Shown here in pieces: positions 61,720-64,000 of a stretch of DNA of 64,000 nucleotides; position 1 is the first letter of the stretch; every line of letters begins with the position of its first letter. The translations under genes were made by a program, and so were the position numbers. The stretch spans positions 77,087-141,086 of the forward strand of contig NIVC01002779.1 in assembly GCA_002269645.1 (NCBI GenBank), written 5' to 3'. This DNA comes from Macrostomum lignano. Lineage: Eukaryota. A model generated the notes under the pieces. The model was given only the letters and a program-made list of their open reading frames with translations, had not been told where the DNA came from and ran no database searches.

Positions 61720-63824
61720 ATGTCTGACTGGCTTGCTTCATCTGTGTGTCGAACCGTGATGATTTGGTCTACATGGCAAAACTTGCCGAGCAGGCAGAAC
61801 GATATGATGACATGGCAGCTGCTATGAAGTCTGTAACAGAGAAGGGACAAGAGCTTGGAAACGAAGAAAGGAACTTGCTTTCTGTGGCCTACAAGAACGT
61901 CGTTGGTGCCAGGCGTTCTTCATGGAGGGTGATTTCCAGCATTGAGAGCAAGACCGCAAGGCCATGAAAGGAAACAGTCCACTGCAAAAGAATATCGTCA
62001 GAAGATTGAAGCTGAACTTCAAAAAGTATGCAAGGAAGTATTGGTAAGTAGGCCCATAGAAACGGCATTATGACTATATTCTCTACTTTACTTTTTGCTC
62101 ACATTTAGACCATAAAGTATTAGTTAATGTAATTTTAATTTCTCTTAAAATTAACACATTGCATTGATAATGCTTATGGCATTTTATTAATTTAATAAGT
62201 TATAAATTATAAAGTAATACATAGTAGATAATTATATTTAATTATGGCTATTATATAAATACTATATATAGTATAGTAATTTTGTATTTATATATAACTA
62301 GCAACTTACTTAGAAAACTGTCAACTATTTTTAGCTTAGTTAGTTCAACCTAGACAGCATCTCATCTTGAAAAAACAAATATCTATTTGAAAGGTATGTT
62401 TTGTTGTATCATTATGATTAATATATTTTTACAAAAGTTTGGCTATTTTGGCGTACCACTTTGGTGTACCACTTTGAGCTTGAGAAATTTTTTGGCATAC
62501 CAATTTTGGAGGAATAAATTCATGCTGTGTATAAAAATTGTAATGTAAATTAACCCTTTTTAGTTTTTATGTAAAATGAAGGAAAATTTGTATAGTCTAA
62601 AAAGTCAGTGATAAACTTTTTGCTTTTTTTATATTAACATTGAATAAAACTTGTGTAAATTATTGCTAAGAATGTAAATATTTGCTTTCTTTTTTCTGTA
62701 GGGTTAAATTAAATTTGTTTAAAATGAAAATATTCGTTATATTTAAAAGAATTTTCATACAAAAGCCTTTAGAAAACTCTACTTGTGAAAACAAATGACC
62801 TTTTTAGAAGGAATTTTTGGCATACATTTTAGGGATTTTTTTGTTTTTGGCGTACACTGGCATACATTTAGCTGAGATAGGATTTTTGTTCCGGCATACA
62901 CTACTACACAATCCGAACTGTGGTCAGAATCTTGATCATATGTCTGATAATTTCTATTCTATTTAATATTATATCATTATCAAGTAAAATATATATTATA
63001 TATTAGCCAAAAATAAACTTTCTCTAGCTAATAAATGTTGTTGTAACTTATATGCTTTATACAAAGAAAATAGACTATATCAAAATCATTTTCCTATCTT
63101 TAAAGACTGAAAAAATAGCCTTTTATAATAAAACAAGTATTATCATTACTATGGCATTATATTTAACATTTGTATAACTTATCTATCATTTTCTTTCATT
63201 TTGTAGAATCTGCTTGATGACTTTCTGATCAAGCAAGCTTCTACCCCAGAGTCGAAGGTCTTTTACTACAAGATGAAAGGTGATTATTACCGTTATCTGG
63301 CTGAAGTTGCCACTGGTGATGAGCGCAAGGATGTCATTGACCAGTCTGAGGGTGCCTACAAGGCTGCCACTGAGCATGCTGAGTCTGAGCTGCCAACACA
63401 CTCATCCAATTCGGCTTGGCCTGGCCCTCAACTACTCTGTTTTCTTCTATGAAATCAAGAGTGAATCTGACAAGGCCTGCCAGCTGGCAAAGAAGGTAAA
63501 TGAGGCTAATATATTAGCAATTTGATTGTCTCCTCAACTAGCTGGCAAGTAGCTAAGCTATTAATCAAAACCACTCGTCTGATTTCCAGGCCTTTGACAA
63601 TGCAATCGCCGACTTGGATGAAATTGGCGAGGATTCCTACAAGGATTCGACACTCATTATGCAGCTCCTGCGAGACAACCTGACTGTAGGTTTACTCCAT
63701 CTATTATATGGTGTTTTGCTGTACACTTCAGTGTTTTAAATAACCTTATTTGTATTTGAAAACTACTCCATTTTAGCTGTGGACATCTGAGCAAGGCGGA
63801 GAAGACGGAGAGCAGGATCAGTAA
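61720..63824 (+). CDS. 14-3-3: 14-3-3 protein; exons ~61720/61746..62043, 63207..63495, 63590..63685, 63777..63824; up to three apparent 1-nt indels
   Basis: [98 protein letters not shown] introns. Frame breaks near 61745, 61957 and 63400. Confidence 0.93.
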
Positions 63825-63939
63825 AGTCTACACACCCAGCTCTGGCCACCAGCAGTACCGACTTAATTTACTGTACTAATGACTTGATTAGATTGCATCA
63901 GTTGTCATTCTCAAATTTGTCCTACTCGGTATTAGTATT

Positions 63940-63945
63940 AATAAA
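63940..63945 (+). promoter_or_regulatory. Polyadenylation signal AATAAA of the 14-3-3 gene
   Basis: AATAAA 116 nt after the stop codon. Confidence 0.6.
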
Positions 63946-64000
63946 AATTCCTTACTTATCTTACTAATATTATTATTATCGTTTATTCATGCTTTCATGC

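Overview
Animal genomic DNA, intron-rich and full of minisatellites. The repeat style, exon structure and TTAGGG-like tract suggest a free-living flatworm such as Macrostomum, but that is inference only. Six multi-exon genes can be rebuilt by hand from splice sites and family motifs: a GDP-fucose transporter (SLC35C1, +), an NDR/STK38 kinase (-), a canonical poly(A) polymerase (-), a Cys-less pentameric ligand-gated ion channel (+), a secreted single-domain phospholipase B1-like SGNH lipase (-) and a 14-3-3 (+). There is also one tRNA-Thr(CGU). Mobile elements: two RTE-type LINE fragments, a decayed mariner, two copies of a hAT-type MITE, CORE-like and other tRNA-derived SINEs (three elements nested in one intron), and several unexplained inverted-repeat structures. 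About 20 tandem arrays account for nearly all the long repetitive ORFs in the supplied track, which I treat as non-coding. Most interesting: (i) a poly(A) polymerase intron built from tandem copies of its own exon-exon junction/3' splice site; (ii) a MITE whose internal 21-bp subrepeat has expanded into a 1-kb minisatellite; (iii) the Cys-less channel with no visible signal peptide; (iv) an unclassified ~0.9-kb segment with a double GATA-site hairpin; (v) single-base frameshifts in three otherwise well-conserved genes, either assembly errors or decaying duplicates. All coordinates were read by eye; no searches were run.
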